DNA of 64,000 bases from Octopus vulgaris (GCA_951406725.2 OX597831.1:69750001-69814000), one strand, 5' to 3'; positions 14,428-29,769 are shown, counted from the stretch's first letter. The notes: generated by a model not told the origin, from the sequence alone. Program-made: numbers and translations.

Positions 14428-14832
14428 ACAGGAGTGGCTGTGTGGTAAGTAGCTTGCTTACCAACCACATGGTTCCAGGTTTAGTCCCACTATGTGGCAT
14501 CTTGGGCAAGTGTCTTCTACTATAGCCTCGGGCCAACCAAAGCCTTGTGAGTGGATTTGGTAGACAGAAACTGAATAAAGCCCGTCGTATATATGTATAT
14601 ATATGTATATATGTGTGTGTTTGTGTGTCTGTGTTTGTCCCCCTAGCATTGCTTGACAACCGATGCTGGTGTGTTTATGTCCCCGTCACTTAGCAGTTCG
14701 GCAAAAAAAGAGACCGATAGAATAAGTACTGGGCTTACAAAAGAATAAGTCCCGGGGTCGAGTTGCTCGACTAAAGGCGGTGCTCCAGCATGGCTGCAGT
14801 CAACTGACTGAAACAAGTAAAAGAGTAAAAGA
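14428..14832 (+). mobile_element. SINE family A copy
   Basis: Reverse complement of 6715-7130. Confidence 0.9.
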
Positions 14833-15494
14833 GAGAGTAACGATGTAGGGAAAAGGTAGTTGAAAACGAAGCGTAGCACTGCATTCTAAGATATTAGCAT
14901 AATAACTGTTTGTAATAATATAACTTCCTACTTTAAGCTAATCCTTCTAAGTTTAAATAACAGAAAAAAGGTAGTATGATTAAATTGATATAGGTGTTCT
15001 TATAATTAATATTTCTCACTGTAATGAAATTCTAACTTTCAATAAGCAATATCTGAAAATTTGGATTCGCAAATATAGCAAAAAAATACCAATATTTGTA
15101 TATGGAGGTAATGCATTACATAGGTTTAATAATGATAGCTCTAAGAATAAGAATAATGTGATGGTGGTGGTGGTGGTGGTGGTGGTAATAGCAACAATGA
15201 TAGTAGTAGTAGTATTAGTAATAGTTAGCCCAAGCAATGAATAATCTTGGGTTGCCTTGACATATGACACATATATGGTCTGCTAATTGTCATTAATTTA
15301 GGTGCAATTAGGGTAGAGGTTTAGTCCCCAATACTTGATTGGTACTTTGTTTTATTTACTTTTGAAAGGATGAAATGCAGAAGTGACATTAGTGGCATTT
15401 GAACTCAGAATGCAAAAGACAAAAAACAAAAAGTACTGAAAGACATTTTTCCTGGTTCTCAAATGATTGTACCAGATCACCACCTTTAGTCAAA

Positions 15495-15535
<41 letters not shown>

Positions 15536-18419
15536 ACAACAACAACAACAACACCACCACCACCACAGGTAAGAGGTAAATTTGTTGTTGAATGATGCAA
15601 GCAATTGAGTCTGCCTTAACAAAATTTACATGATTTTGATTTACTCTAAAAGTCTGTGAGTAAAACTGAATCAGGTGAAACTACAACTGTTATTTATTTA
15701 TTTTTTTTTATCTGAGTCAGATGTAGGGCAGAGCTCAAATACTTTTCAGAACCTCTATAGCTGGTGGTAGAAAGTTACCCTTAGAAAGCAAGTTCAAATA
15801 CTCTCTGTCTGTCTCGCTGTTTGAAAGATTCAGTCAAGTAAATTATATGCTAGAATTTTTGCTAAAGTATACACTTCAGCAAGTTTACTGATGTAGTGGA
15901 GAGAGAGAGAGAGAGACATTAAGTTGATGTACAATATTGTTGACAGAAAGTTGTGAAAATTAACATATTTTAAAAATATAATGTTAGTCATTAGGCTAAT
16001 CTTATTTTTCTCTCTGCATTATTAATTTTAATGAGATTTTTTGTTATACTGATTATATAAATATGGTAAATCAAAGTTAACTAATTATAGCTTTCCAAGA
16101 AAAGAATATTTCTAAATAAGTTTCTTCAGTGATTTATTTTTCAAATATGTTAAATTTTCTTGAGAATTCTGTCTTGCTGAGCAGATAAAAATAAGACTGA
16201 AATATACCTGGGGTTATTTCCCTTTAATATAGGCAATACTGGAAATAATATTTGTCACTAATCTAATAATTTTCTTACTATGTACTTGTTTTTAAATAAA
16301 TTGTTTCACATTGCTTTAATCTTTACATGACTATTGTAGGTAATACTGGGGTTTAATCACAGCTAATGTTATTCTAGTAGTCTCGCTATTTTTATAAGTT
16401 AACTTTCCAAAGTATACAAAGTAAAAAAAAACAAAGAAATTAAGAATTAAGAGGAGCGAGAGAAAAGGAGGAGAATGTGTATGTGTATTTATGTGTGTGT
16501 CAAGAGATGAATAAAATAGTTATATAATACCGAAGTCATATAATACTAAATGCTGCATAGCCATGTTGTGTATTATAAAGTGGATAATGACTCATCAATA
16601 TAAACTGTCTGTAAGAGCAAGTGAAAAATTATGCATTTCAGTATTCTGTGTCACACAATGTTGGCATAACTTAGTGTTAACATGGAAGACTCTACAGTTA
16701 GGAAGGAGAATTGTCTCTATTCTGCTGTTTAACAGCTTCATTTAATTCTGTTTAAGAGATAAGACAGAATGGAAAATTGGTGAAAAGAGCAGCAGCAAGA
16801 TAGACAAAGAACAATAGAGTGTGTTGGAAATGTCATGAAGTGAATAGAATAAATTGGTTCGTGAATCTAAGCTTGAGTAATAGGGCAGTCAGTTGGTGTT
16901 CTGCATATTATTGCTTTGCAGTAATGAAAATGAAATGGTAGTGCTGGTGGTGGTGGTGAATGTGGTGAAAATAGCAATGATTGGTATAGTAGAAGTGCTT
17001 GTGGGAGCAAGGACGGTGGTGGTAGTGCTGGTGGTTCTTGTTGGGGAAAATGGTTGTGGAAGTAATTCTTGTGGTGGTATGATAGTTATAATGGTTATGG
17101 TAAGATGGTAGTTGTTAATGATGGTTATGAAAGTAGGTATTATGGTGGTATTGGTTAGGAAGTCAATAGTTTAGGATCTCATTGTGAATGTCACAAGTAA
17201 ATTGTGTTCTAATCCAAAGCATTAAGCAGCTTAACATTTTCTTCCAGCATTAACAACAGGAATGAAGAAATCTCTTGAAAATGGATTGTACTTCTTTACT
17301 TTTCCTTATCATCTGAAGAAAATCTAATCTAAATCTGCCCATGGTCGAAGCAATGTCCTCTACAACATAAATCACACTCAAAAAAATACTGAGTCTCAAA
17401 AGCATACTCAATCCAGTTTATCTCCTCCAACATTGGATCATATTTTATTTCCTGAAAGACATTTCTAGTAATCTGTGCAGTGCTCCTCTCTCTCTCCCCC
17501 CTCCCCCTCTCTCTCCCTCTCCCCCCTCTCTCTCTCTGTCTCTCTCCCCTTCTCTCTCTGTTGTACAACAGAGTTAATATTGTATTGAACACATAGTCAA
17601 AAAGCCATTTATATAGGGTCTGCTATGCTTAAGGATCTTCAGTCTAAACTCAAACTTGATGTTATGTTCTTTGAAGCACCATATGCTGTAGTATGACAAA
17701 GTCACAGAGTTTTTTTCAACATACCTCAATGCTAAAGTTTGGCTGAAGTCTGTCTTTTACCACTTCTGTGTATTGTTACATTCCATACATTTTCATTTAA
17801 CAAAACAAAGACCTATAATAAGCTGAAATAGATCTGATTAACCATCTCTTCCTACTTCATTGGAACCTTCCTTCTTCTACAAATCGGGTCTGTGCTCCAC
17901 AACAAATTTTCTCACTGAAATTTTCAGTTGTCTTCTATGTTATAAGTCTCCATTTACTCCTCCTCTGCCTTTTCTATCAAGACATCACGTTTTCAGACTA
18001 ATTCATTAATATGTAAGAAGCAATATAAATAGTATCTTAGCTTCAATAAATCCAGAGTGTGTTCTCAGCAAATTAAAAATGAAAATGGCCCACTGCTAGT
18101 TTGCCAAAATTGCATACTGAAGTATTCAGTCCTTTGTGTTTTAAAATGAAGTGAAAAATCCACATACTCTTGTCTTTTATTCTAATTCCATTCACACTGA
18201 AGATGCTTTATAGGAATATTAAGCTAAAAATTAAATAACTCTTTATTCTAAGAGTCTTGCAAGAACAAAAGACAAAGTTCGTATCTGTGGTGTTTGAACT
18301 CTGAATGGAAAGGGTCAAAACTAAATACTGCAAACATTTTGTCTGATGATTCGATCACATCAAGTATTTAGCAATGACTGAGGAATTTCACTAGTAGTTC
18401 TGAGCTTTTTTTTTTTGTT

Positions 18420-18719
18420 TGTTCCTTCTCAAGCCATGCCTGGCTCATAAGGGCCAGTTTTCCGGTTTCTTGGCATATAGGTTCCCCACCTGGACAGGAC
18501 GCCGGTCCGTCGCAGGTGAGCTGCAAGATGCAGAAGGAAATAGTGAGAGCAAGTTGTGGTGAAAGAGTCAGCAGAAGTTTTGCCATTACCTTCTGCTGGA
18601 GCCGCGTGGAGCTTAGGTGTTTCACTCATAAACACGCACATTGCTCAGTCTGAGATTTGAACCCATGATCCCTCGACCACGAGTCCACTGCTTTAACCAC
18701 TAGGCCATGTGCCTCCACA
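18420..18719 (-). mobile_element. tRNA-derived SINE family C
   Basis: Minus strand GTGGAGGCACATGGCCTAGTGGTTAAAGC...GGGTTCAAATCTC (A/B boxes); second copy at ~58800-59128. Confidence 0.85.
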
Positions 18720-21222
18720 GTTTTGAGCTTGTATGCAATGTAGTCTTGAATTTATAGGAGAAACTAATCTTAACAAGTTACATGTATTTAAGATGATCTC
18801 AGGACTATACATTTGGTTTAACAGTTCAGGGTTCAGGAAAACTACATTATTTTTCAATTTTGTGCATGTGTGTGTGTGCATGCTTACACGTGCATGAGTG
18901 AGTGCACACATACCATGCACCATATAGTTTTCTCAACGGTGAGAATGAAAAGCAGGGCAATATTAACACAGCTTAAGCAATTTCTTCTTAATTCAATACA
19001 TTTTCTTTTAGCTGCCTATAAAAATGTTTGTTATTTTTTTTATTCCTTTACATCTAATCTAAGACTTCCAAGTGGTTATTCTATATTCAAATATTTTTCA
19101 GTTATATATCTATAATCTAGATAAAAGTGAAATATTGAATAATGATATGTAAATATTGATATACACATTTGAAATAGCAATGAAAGTTTGATTATAAATT
19201 CAATTCATAACACTGTTTTTTCTTGTTGTTGTTTTCACTTCTATTTAGCTTTAAACGAGCAACGACTACGTAGAATCTAATTCAGTGCCAATGTATTTAT
19301 TATTGGTAACTCATTCCAGACTTCAACAAGATTTAATTTTAATTTTATAGCTGCTTACAAAGACTCTTTTTATTTAGATTTTGATCTGGCAATCAGGACA
19401 CAAACTGTTTTGTATATCTTCAGCTTTGATACTTGTATCCAATTCTTACTACCAGGATTTTGATTCTTCCACAAAAAATAAGAGCACATCAGAAATGACT
19501 CACCTAAATTGTTAATGATTTAGAATAGTATAAAAGAAGAAAAATTATTTGAATGTGATAAAACTTCACACCACTGACCTGGTTTATTACAAATTCTACA
19601 TATGCTAAATTGTTGACCACATTCTACTCAAAGCTATCTATATTATTATCTGAACACAATGTTTAAAATACTTAATAGTAAGGAACTTAAAGCCTATGGT
19701 GAACCAACTCTGCTATGCCAACTCAAGTTTCAGTCATAGACATGCATTCACTTACTCAGCTGTGAAACACATAAAAGTAGTTGGCAACATTTTATTTCTT
19801 TTCTATTATGACTTAATATTCAATAAAGATAAAGGAAAAAAAACCCTTCAAATGGAGAGTAGATGCCAAAGCAAGAAATCTGATATTGGAATTTTCTTTT
19901 TAGCACAAAAATAATTTACTCTAAATGAGCTTTGTTATACTATTTGTATTTATTCTAAGACCAAGGATGAATAAATGACAAAAACCAAATCTATCTAGAT
20001 TCGAAACCTGAACTAAAATTTTAAAACATATTGAAAACTATTAGGTATTTAGCTTCATGATCTGCCATGTCTGTAAACTTTCTCCAATGTATTCAATTCA
20101 TTGATGAGAAATTTTCAGTTCACCTAATAACATAGTCACACTGTAAATATGTAGAATGTTAATCCAATTCTCCCTTCATAGACAGACAGAATTGCCTAAA
20201 ATAGCTGCATCATCTTTCATTTTCACTTTCCAAATCTTTTGTAGTTTTATTCTATTTGACATGCATATCCTGCAGAGAGAACATTGTACATTTATTTGAC
20301 ATTATTCAACAGACCTTCTGTTCTCCCTTTTATTTTACAGCTAACAATAAAAACCATTAAACCTGGCATACAACCATGACTATTTCAACCCATTTGTATA
20401 CCTATCAAGCATACTTAACTCTAAAGAAACCAATAATGCTCACACAGCATCAACACTTTTCGTTTTTTTGGCAACAAAAGAAAGTCATAGAAATAGCACA
20501 ACTATGTTTTTTTTTTCTTTCTGCTCTTACAATGTCAGAAGACTTGATACATTGCATGCCACTATGTATACATGTAAGTGAATTTTCAGAAAAAAAAAAA
20601 AGAAACACTATCAAACAAACAGAATAGAAAGCTGACTGTGAATAGTAAGTGCTGAACTGTAAGGAACTGAACTTACAAAGTAACAAGTCTATAACAATGT
20701 TTACATACCTCATTTTCATATTTTTGCCTCATTTACATTGATAATGCTTTTAAGGAAGATGTGAAAGTCTCACCTTTTGCCTAGCTACCACAGAAGAGAA
20801 TATTCTAAATCATCAAATAATATCAAATGATATCATTGATTGGGGAATTACTAAACAGAAAATGGAATATTCTTTCCTGTGTGCACAGACACAGTAGAAA
20901 AATAATTTACTAGTTTTAAATATATTCTTTTGATCTTTTCTGGCTTTAGTTATTGAACTGCAGTGATATTGAGGCCTTGCCTTCAAGGATGTTAATCAGT
21001 CATATTGACCCCCGTTTCTTGTTTCAGTTTGGTATTTATTTTCTTGATGGCTTTTGACTCGGCTATAAGTTATGAGAAATAAAGGATTACTGCATAATCA
21101 ACAACACCAATTTTTCTAACAATGTATTTATAAGCACTAACACACACATACAAACACACACAGACACACACTCATACACACAGAGGTTTATGTGTGTGTG
21201 TGTGTACATATATATGTGTGTA

Positions 21223-21451
21223 TGGCGATGAGCTGGTAGAAACGTTAGCACGCCGGGCGAAATGCGTAGCCGTATTTCATCAGCTGCTACGTTCTGAGTT
21301 CAAATTCCGCCGAGGTTGACTCTGCCTTTCATCCTTTCGGGGTCGATAAATTAAGTAACAGTTACGCACTGGGGTCGATGTAATCAACTTAATTCGTTTT
21401 CTGTCCTTGTTTGTCCCCTCTATGTTTAGCCCCTTGTGGGTAATAAAGAAA
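21223..21451 (+). mobile_element. tRNA-derived SINE family B with a Tx1-like 3' tail
   Basis: A-box-like GAGCTGGTAG, B-box GAGTTCAAATTCC, central CCTTTCATCCTTTCGGGGTCGATAAA (Nin/Deu-like motif), tail ...GTAATAAAGAAA. Confidence 0.85.
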
Positions 21452-23041
21452 CACATATATTTGTGTGTATGTGTGTATGTGTGTACATGTGTGTGTATAC
21501 ACACACACACACACAAATATGAGGGCATGTGGCCTAGTGGTTAATTGGTTGCATTCATGATTGTAAGATTCTGTTTTTGATTTCTCGGCCTAGTAGTGTT
21601 CTTCATTGCGTTCTTCAGCTAAACACTTTCATTTTCCACTGTAATCACTTCGACGTCTGACTTGTGGTGCAGCATGCACTGATGGAGTAAGTGAGCTTAT
21701 GTGCAGCGCAAATATTTGATCACTATAAATAATTTATTGGTTGTTTGTCGAGAAATTACAGAACCATTTTTTCTTAAATACGAAACACTACCATTAATTA
21801 AAATTAATATATATACATCAATTCTAATTAATGGTGATGCTCGAACATGTCTACAGTCTATTGCCTGAAACAAAAGGAAAAAGTATATATATAATATTAT
21901 ATGCTATTTTATTATATTATATTACATTATATTATATATGTAAATAAAAAAAAGAGAGAGAGAGAGAGAGAGAGATTTGTAAAACTTCTAAAAACACTTC
22001 TTTAACAAAAAATAGCAACACATATTTACATCAGATATTTCTTAATCTTGATTTATGATCTGAGATCATGATCAAGAGAAGGTCAAATCAGTTTGATTTT
22101 GTTTTTTTAGATATAAAAGCAACAAAAGTATAAATAATATATTTCATACACTACAAACTATATATAAATCTTTCATTATTTTCTTCTAATATCTAACCAG
22201 TCTCTGAGGATTTCTTTTTGATATAGTTGGTAACTCCATTTGATATCAAATACGATTTCTAAATATCTCTTTACATATGAGTGTGTCTGTGTTGGTGTTT
22301 AAACACACACACACACACACATGCACACACATGTAGCTTAAAAAACAGAAAAATTGTATGGTGTAGATTTTATATTTTACAAATCAGCTGATTTTTCATT
22401 CTGTTACTTTCCTGTTATGTACCTTCAATCAGGTAATAATAAAATAAATAAAGGACTTTATTGGTGAGACTTCCCACTAAGATGATTTCAATTGGTCAAG
22501 AGAATCAGTCAAGAAGACAAGGTGGTAGTTTGTGTTTAGCCTTTGCTAATAATGTTGCTGCTGCAGTAGTTAGTTTGGGTTATAGTGTAAGAAAAAGCAA
22601 TTTTATGTGACCTGCCATGATCAGGGTCAGGCATTATTCTGTGGAGATGATAGTGTGCAGATTTAATGGCTATGCTAATTCAATGAATATTCTGAGTTAA
22701 TATTCTGAGTGGAAGTGTCTCTGGTGATGACAGATAGACTATAATCTCAGTCCTCCACTTTTTAAAATCTCTGGCAGTTTCAGGAACTGAAATGCCCACA
22801 GCCATCTCACATAATAATCATGTGCCTCATTGTTACATAAGTTAGTTATGTCTGTATGATTTCAATTCTATAGCCCTTTTGTTCCCAAATAAATTGTAAC
22901 AAAGAGGTAGCATTCCTTTATCCTGAATAAGTGTATATATTTATGCCATTCAATGATATTTGCATTTGTGTTCAGTATATATTCCTTTGAATACCATAAT
23001 GGTTAAGTTTGATTTATATATTGATGCTAGAAAGAGAGAAG

Positions 23042-23345
23042 TGAAGGCATGTAGTTTAGTGATTAGGGTATTTGGCTCAAGATCATAAGGTTATGAGTTC
23101 AATACTTTGTGGTGCATTGTGTCCTTGAGCAAGACATTTTATTTCATGTTGCTCCAGTCCACTCAGCTGGCAAAAATGAGTTGTATATGTATTTCAAATG
23201 GCCAGCCTTGTCACATTCTCTGTTGCACTGGATCTCCCTGAGAACTACATTAAGGGTACACGTGTCTGTGAAGTGCTCAGCCACTTGCACATTAATTTCA
23301 GGAGCAGGTTGTTCCATTGATCAGATCAACTGGAACCCTTGTCAT
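23042..23345 (+). mobile_element. tRNA-derived SINE (further family, diverged)
   Basis: A/B-box-like head (GAGTTCAATAC) followed by GTGTCCTTGAGCAAGACA; a related decayed copy lies at ~21520-21760. Confidence 0.65.
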
Positions 23346-23685
23346 CATATTCAGCAGAGGGGGCCACTAGAGTGGTAGAAAGAGAAACGGAGAGAGATAT
23401 GATCTTTTAAGCAATTTGAGACCTTTCTGCTGTTTCAAGTTGGTTGTTGGTTGTTTTTGGGGGGTATTCCTTGGATTATGGTGTATGATTTAGGGAGTAA
23501 TGGAAGACAAAAACAATTGACTTTTAGTGTATTGTTATTAAAACACATTGTTGTATTTATGCAAAGGTGGTAAATAGTATTTTACTAATTTTGCTAGATA
23601 CAGAATGTTCTTGGCTATGTTGCTGATAACATTTGTTCTAAATGCTCACTCAAACCAAATCAAGTTTATCTTCCTAGTTCTGGTT

Positions 23686-23689
<4 letters not shown>

Positions 23690-23743
<54 letters not shown>

Positions 23744-23768
23744 ATGTGTGTGTGTGTGTGTGTGTGTG
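23690..23768. repeat. (GT)n microsatellite
   Basis: Directly visible. Confidence 0.95.
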
Positions 23769-24747
23769 TTATGTTCCCTGAGTATTAGTTTCTTACTTAA
23801 GTCGCTAGTTTCATAGAATCAGGAATGACTATTGACAATATGTCATTTATGGCATTTACAAGGTTCTAAATTTCAGGGATGACATCTCTTGCATATGTAT
23901 ACGGTTTTCTTATTGGTTTTCTGAAGGCTGATAATTGCCTAATGTCTAAATGAGTAGCTGATGTTTGAATGGTGCTAATGTTGATGAATAAAGGAGTATT
24001 GTTTTGAATGTTCTGATCAGATACTCTTTAAGTCTTCCCATTACGCAGCCTTGCAGGATTTATATATTTACTAAGCTGTTGTCTCTCTACAATTCAGATG
24101 TGGTTCAATTCCTGAGGATGTCAAAGATGAAGAGTTTCATAAGATCCAAGCATTTGCTTCACAGTACCTCCCCATAGAATATCAAAAAAAAAAAAAGAAA
24201 AGACTCTTTATCTTTTGTAACAAAGTAGGAATCATCATACCAAAGGAGGGACTTCTTACTTTTCCTTATTATTCTTGTAGTAAGTTTGCTAATGTTGATA
24301 AATTTCCTCTTGAGTTGCAGGTTGTGCAGTAAAAAGGAATTCGATATAGATGCGTTGAAGTTTATGTCAAAACGGATAAGCCTGCAAAGCAGACTTCTTT
24401 CTGTGTTGTTGAACCACTTGCTTTGGTTGCATTGCTGTTCCATTCTACAAGTTTCATAAAATTCTTAATTCGAAAGTGAAATGTATCAAGAATACACTTA
24501 CTGACTGAACAAAGCTCATTTTTATCTGAGTAAATTAATCTACACCTATAGTTGAAAACTCAAGTGAACTGAACATATAGTTCATGAGGGTGATGAAGAG
24601 TTTGTCCATGTTGATGTTTGTCCCAAGATATTTACTTTTAACTGGGAGATAAATTCTTTAACTTTTATTTAGATAGTGTTCTTTACACTACACTCACACA
24701 CACATATATAGATATAAATATACGTATGCTTATATATTTATATAAAT

Positions 24748-24968
24748 ACGTGGCTGTTGCCAGCCTCGTCTGGCATCTGTGCCGGTGGCACGTAAAAAGC
24801 ACCCACTACACTCACGGAGTGGTTGGCGTTAGGAAGGGCATCCAGCTGTAGAAACACTGCCAGATCAGACTGGAGCCTGGTGCAGCCTTCTGGCTTCCCA
24901 GACCCCAGTCGAACCATCCAACCCATGCTAGCATGGAAAGCGGACATTAAACGATGATGATGATGATG
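24748..24968 (+). mobile_element. 3' UTR fragment of the same RTE-like family
   Basis: Near-identical to 39545-39738; (GAT)n tail. Confidence 0.8.
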
Positions 24969-26108
24969 TATCAAATCTTGTAATTAGACAATACTATATT
25001 TCATGTCAGTTGACTGATTTGCGTGCAGTCATTCAAAATCAATCCAATCTGTAGGCTACAAACAAGCAGCATTGTGGAAATCCAGTTATTCAATTGTTAT
25101 GTAAAAAAGAGGAGAAATTACTCAGTATGAGGTATACAGTTGCAAATCAAATATCTTGATGCATGTCAACAGAATCAAGGAACTCTGACCTTTCATTTAA
25201 GCTATGTTAGTTTTAGAGTAAGGTGTGGTATATGTCAGCCCATTTTCAGCATAAGTATGAGTGAAAGAAGTGATGCGTATCTGATATCAAATGTTCTTAA
25301 ATTTGCATATTGATTGTAAATGAAATAGCATTTGACTTATGAAAAACCAAACGTACTTGGACAAGTATATTGTGATTATTTTTTAAGTGCTTGAATGAAC
25401 AGATGTTCTGAGTAAAGAGTGTCTGGAAATTATTAGCAGTCAAATAATGATATTATATAGATACACTAGCCTTGTCATGTTATACTGCAATTAAGGGGGA
25501 AAAGTTTGAAACAATATAATTACAGGTAGGAGGTAATTCAGTTTTATTGATATAAGAAAATTTTTTTTGAATAGAAATATTTCATAGAGCTGATAAAATT
25601 TTTGCATCAAAAATAACTAAAATTAATCAAATTCCTGTTTAAAGATAATACAATGCTCCTGGTTCTTTGGGAAATGGAAATAAATTAAGTTTAGAAATCT
25701 TCGGTAGTATTCATAATCATATCTAAACCGTAATTTTAATTGTATCACATGATGTTGTTTGGTCTCCTTTTACATTAGGGAGTATTAGTGCAGATACGCT
25801 ATTGTATGTTAACAGAAAACCTCAGTATAATAATGGCAAATGTTAAAATACGTGGCTTCTGTAGAAGATAATGTTGACATGTTTAGGAATAATAAAAATT
25901 AATGATTTTACAGAAAATTGAATGAATGATTGAAATTCTTATTTAGATAAAAGATACTATCAGTATTCAAATGTTTATCAAAAATTGTTCTCCATTTAAA
26001 CGTTTCGATCTTGGTTTTACAGCCAAAATTCAGAGTGCATTATTTATTAAGGCATGTGAGAGGTATCATCCTTCATTAGAGTAAAGGGAAAAATTACTTT
26101 ACATTATA

Positions 26109-26497
26109 CTAGCAGTATCGCCCAGCGTTGCTCGGTTTGTAAGGGAAATAACTATATAAACATTTTTAGAGATGTAAAGTATAATAGCCATCTCAATATG
26201 GCTAACCACAAAGGGGGGTGTTACTGTAGCTTTTTACGTTCTGAGATTTAATAAATTTTAAGAGAGTTACTTCCCTTATATATGCCAAAAATGCATTAAA
26301 AATGGGAAAAATTGATGGTAAATTTTTTTTAAAATCGTAGACTCATCGTAGACGCGCTAATACCCAGAAGGGCTCGATATGAATCACGACTATAAGATAC
26401 CCGATTTTGGTTAAACTGCATCGCAAAATGTGGGAGTAGTTAGGAATCTAAATCGTAGGAGACAGACAGCACACAACCTTACTTTTATATATAAAGA
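26109..26497 (-). mobile_element. Non-autonomous Helitron
   Basis: Minus strand starts A|TCTTTATATATAAAA...CTGTCTGTC and ends CCGAGCAACGCTGGGCGATACTGCTAG|T (TC start, subterminal hairpin, CTAG end, A/T target). CpG-rich relative to the flanks. Confidence 0.85.
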
Positions 26498-27394
26498 TAT
26501 CTTCTTGCTCTTTTATGTTCTGAGTTGAAATCCTGCCATGGTCAGCTTTACCTTTTATTCTCTCAAGGTTGACAAAATATCAGTAAAGTACAGGTACCTA
26601 TGGTATTGCCTAATGCACCTCTACACATATACATCTCAATTTTTTTTACCTAGTGCCTAAGTTAGAACTCAATCTTGTGGTTGTTGCCTTCGTAGCTAAT
26701 CTTGTAATGAGCTCAAACATTAGTAAACATACAATTGGTGATGGCTGAGAATATGAAATAGCTTTCTCTCTTACCCTCTTGCAAATTTGAGATTTATTTT
26801 ATAGTAATAAAGGTAATAAAAAATGATAACATTTTAATAAGATATTCGTATTTCAATCTTAAACTGATCTGTTCACTGAGTCAGTGAATTCTAGATTATT
26901 TTCGAAAATCAGAAAGAAGTCAGAAGATATTTTTTTCATTTTTATTTTTCAAATCTGATATAAAGATTTTAAAATTAGAAAATTAATGAGAAAGTGAGAG
27001 AGAGAGAATCTGTGTGTGTGTGTTGAATGGATTAATTTCCTTTCATTTTTAATTCTATCATAGGTTTTGATAGTAGTCTGTTCTTAGATTCCAAAATCTT
27101 TCACAAAGTTTTTGATAAGAGTAAAATTTAACACAAGGTGTATGATGATATCCTGAAAATTAGCTAAACTAAAACTAGTATCAACTGTAACACACAAACC
27201 TATTGTACTAAATTTTGTGAAATTTTTTTCTAAATCTATCAAGTTGGTGACTGTTCATATTGTACAAGATTAAAAGCTATTACATTCATAAATACGATTT
27301 GGTATTGTTGATCAACTTGAAAAACAAAACATTTACAGGGAGTGGGATCCTATACATTAAGTACATTAAAATTTAAGGATAATATTTATTAGAC

Positions 27395-27833
27395 TGGTAC
27401 CTTGAGTCTTCGAGCAGCCACCCTTTTCACCCAGGACTGCCATACCTCCTCTAAGTACTTGATGTAGGCCTCCGTATTGAGTCTAAGGTCGAGTTGGAAG
27501 ATGAATGGAGGCAAAACGACACCATCACTAGTGATCACTCCAAATACCATGGTGTTAATTGGATTTTGATTTCTATCCCCCTCGGTAATGCTTTGGGGAC
27601 ACAGCAAGCCAATGGTAGTTCCGTGTGTTCACCATCTGTTCGTAATGGAGCTTCTGGCATGAATGCCAAGCAGTAGACCAAATTTCTGGCAGAGTGAATT
27701 GCGTCATGGTGCTGTTTTCCTCAGTGTCCAACTGACAGTACTAAACTATGTTGTTGACAAAATCGAAAACTAACAATGCACATGCATAAAATTAAAAACA
27801 TAAAATGGTGACGATTTACTCTTTGCACTCTGT
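27395..27833 (-). mobile_element. Internally deleted maT-like mariner remnant
   Basis: MVFGVITSDGVVLPPFIF...LNTEAYIKYLEEV, homologous to the 1.5-2.3 kb copy. TA-CAGAGTGC terminus near 27833. Confidence 0.75.
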
Positions 27834-27904
27834 ATGTATAATATATATGTGTGTGTGAGTGTATGTATGTATATATGCATGTATAATAAATATATGTATG
27901 TATG

Positions 27905-27946
<42 letters not shown>

Positions 27947-27949
<3 letters not shown>

Positions 27950-28124
27950 CATGTAAAAAGCACCCACTACACTCGCAGAGTGGTTGGCGTTAGGAAAGGA
28001 CATACAGCTGTAGAAACTCTGCCAGATCAGACTGGAGCTTGGTGCAGCCCCTGGCTTCCCAGACCCCGGTCGAACCGTCCAACCCATGCTAGCGCGGAAA
28101 ACGGACGTTAAACGATGATGATGA

Positions 28125-28128
<4 letters not shown>
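27947..28128 (+). mobile_element. 3' UTR fragment of the same RTE-like family, inside a (TA)n tract
   Basis: Near-identical to 39545-39738; (GAT)n tail. Confidence 0.8.
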
Positions 28129-28162
<34 letters not shown>

Positions 28163-29131
28163 GTATACATACATGTGCATGGGTGTGTATGTATATATAT
28201 ATATATATAGATATAGTATATATATACGTGTGTAAATTGAATTTCATTTTGTTTTGTTTTTTTATTTAATATACAGAATCTGAGTGTTTAAGTTTTTAAT
28301 AATGTTATTCACTTGTTGGCATGTTTATGCATATGTGTTTGTATGTATGTATATATGTGTAGTCTTCATTGTGTGTATATGAGTATGTCTTTGTGTGTCT
28401 TGTGAAGCAGGTGTTTGCAAAGTTGTAAGAAAATTTTAAATTATTCTTTTAGAAATTGGGTTTGAAATAATTTCTTAAGAGTACAGTTAGGGTGCTTGTG
28501 TATGCTTCCATGTGTGTGTGTGTGTGTGTGTGTGGGTGGGGGTTGCATGTGTGGTACTACTTTTAGAACTTGAATCATGAGCTGAAATTTTCATGGATGT
28601 GAGTGAGGTGAGTGTGGATGACTATCTGCATGTGGAATATGTTTGAACTTACTAGAAATAGATAACTTTTAGAGACAAAAAAATAACTTAAACCTTAGTA
28701 AAGATAATATTTAGCTAAAACAACTAAAAAATTAAGGTTTGTTTCTAAGTGTAAAATTATGCTTGAATCATGTTTTTGATAACAAGTAGGCTGAATTTAA
28801 GGGGTGGAAGATAGGGAAATATAAGCTTGGTAAGATTACAGGGAGAAGAATTGTGAAAATTTTTTAGATAGATTGAGCAGAGAAAGTACTAACTTGCAAA
28901 GAAAATGAAAGAATTCCTCTGTGTGGTTTCTCAAACTGCAAGTAGTGTGTGGTATAATCATCACGAATTCAGTTATTCTTAATTTAAGTTAATATTTTTG
29001 ATTTTAGAATTTCTTTGCACTAAGCTAAAACATTTCTATCTTATTTTTACTATTAGTAGAATGAAAAATATAAAAATAGCTATAAGTAATTATAAATAGA
29101 TGCATTGCCTGGAAAAAAAGCGGACTATAAT

Positions 29132-29297
29132 AGGTGCAGGAGTGGCTGTGTGGTAAGTAGCTTGCATACCAACTACATGGTTCCAGGTTCAGTCCCATTG
29201 CGTAGCACCTTGGGCAAGTTTCTTCTATTATAACCTCGGGCCAACCAAAGCCTTGTGAGTGGATTTGGTAGATGGGAACTGAAAGAAACCCATCGTA

Positions 29298-29374
<77 letters not shown>

Positions 29375-29596
29375 GTGTGTGTGTTTGTATGTCTGTGTTT
29401 GTCCCCCACCAACCATCGCTTAACAACCGATGGTGGTGTGTCTACATCCCTCATAACCTAGCGGTTTGGCAAAAGTGACCGATAGAATAAGTACTAGGCT
29501 TACAAAGAATAAGTCCTGAGGTTGATTTATTCGACTAAAGGTGGTGCTCCAGCATGGCTGCAGTCAAATGACTGAAACAAATAAAAGGATAAAAGA
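29132..29596 (+). mobile_element. SINE family A copy with expanded internal (TA)n
   Basis: Aligns with 14428-14832. Confidence 0.9.
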
Positions 29597-29769
29597 ATGT
29601 AATGGAAATGCAGGGCTCAGAATGGTAGAATATTCTTAAGTATTCTTAAGAAGAAAAATAAACTTAAAATATTGTTGTTGAAGTTAGAATTTAAAAACTA
29701 AAATAATAATAAATGTCCTTTTATATTTTTTATTTTTACATAAAAGTTTAAATTAAAATACTCAAGAAT

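Noticed and set aside
24090-24460. Possible exon or Cys-rich transposase tail (CRLCSKK)
   Set aside because: Short, interrupted frames; the evidence is too weak to assign.
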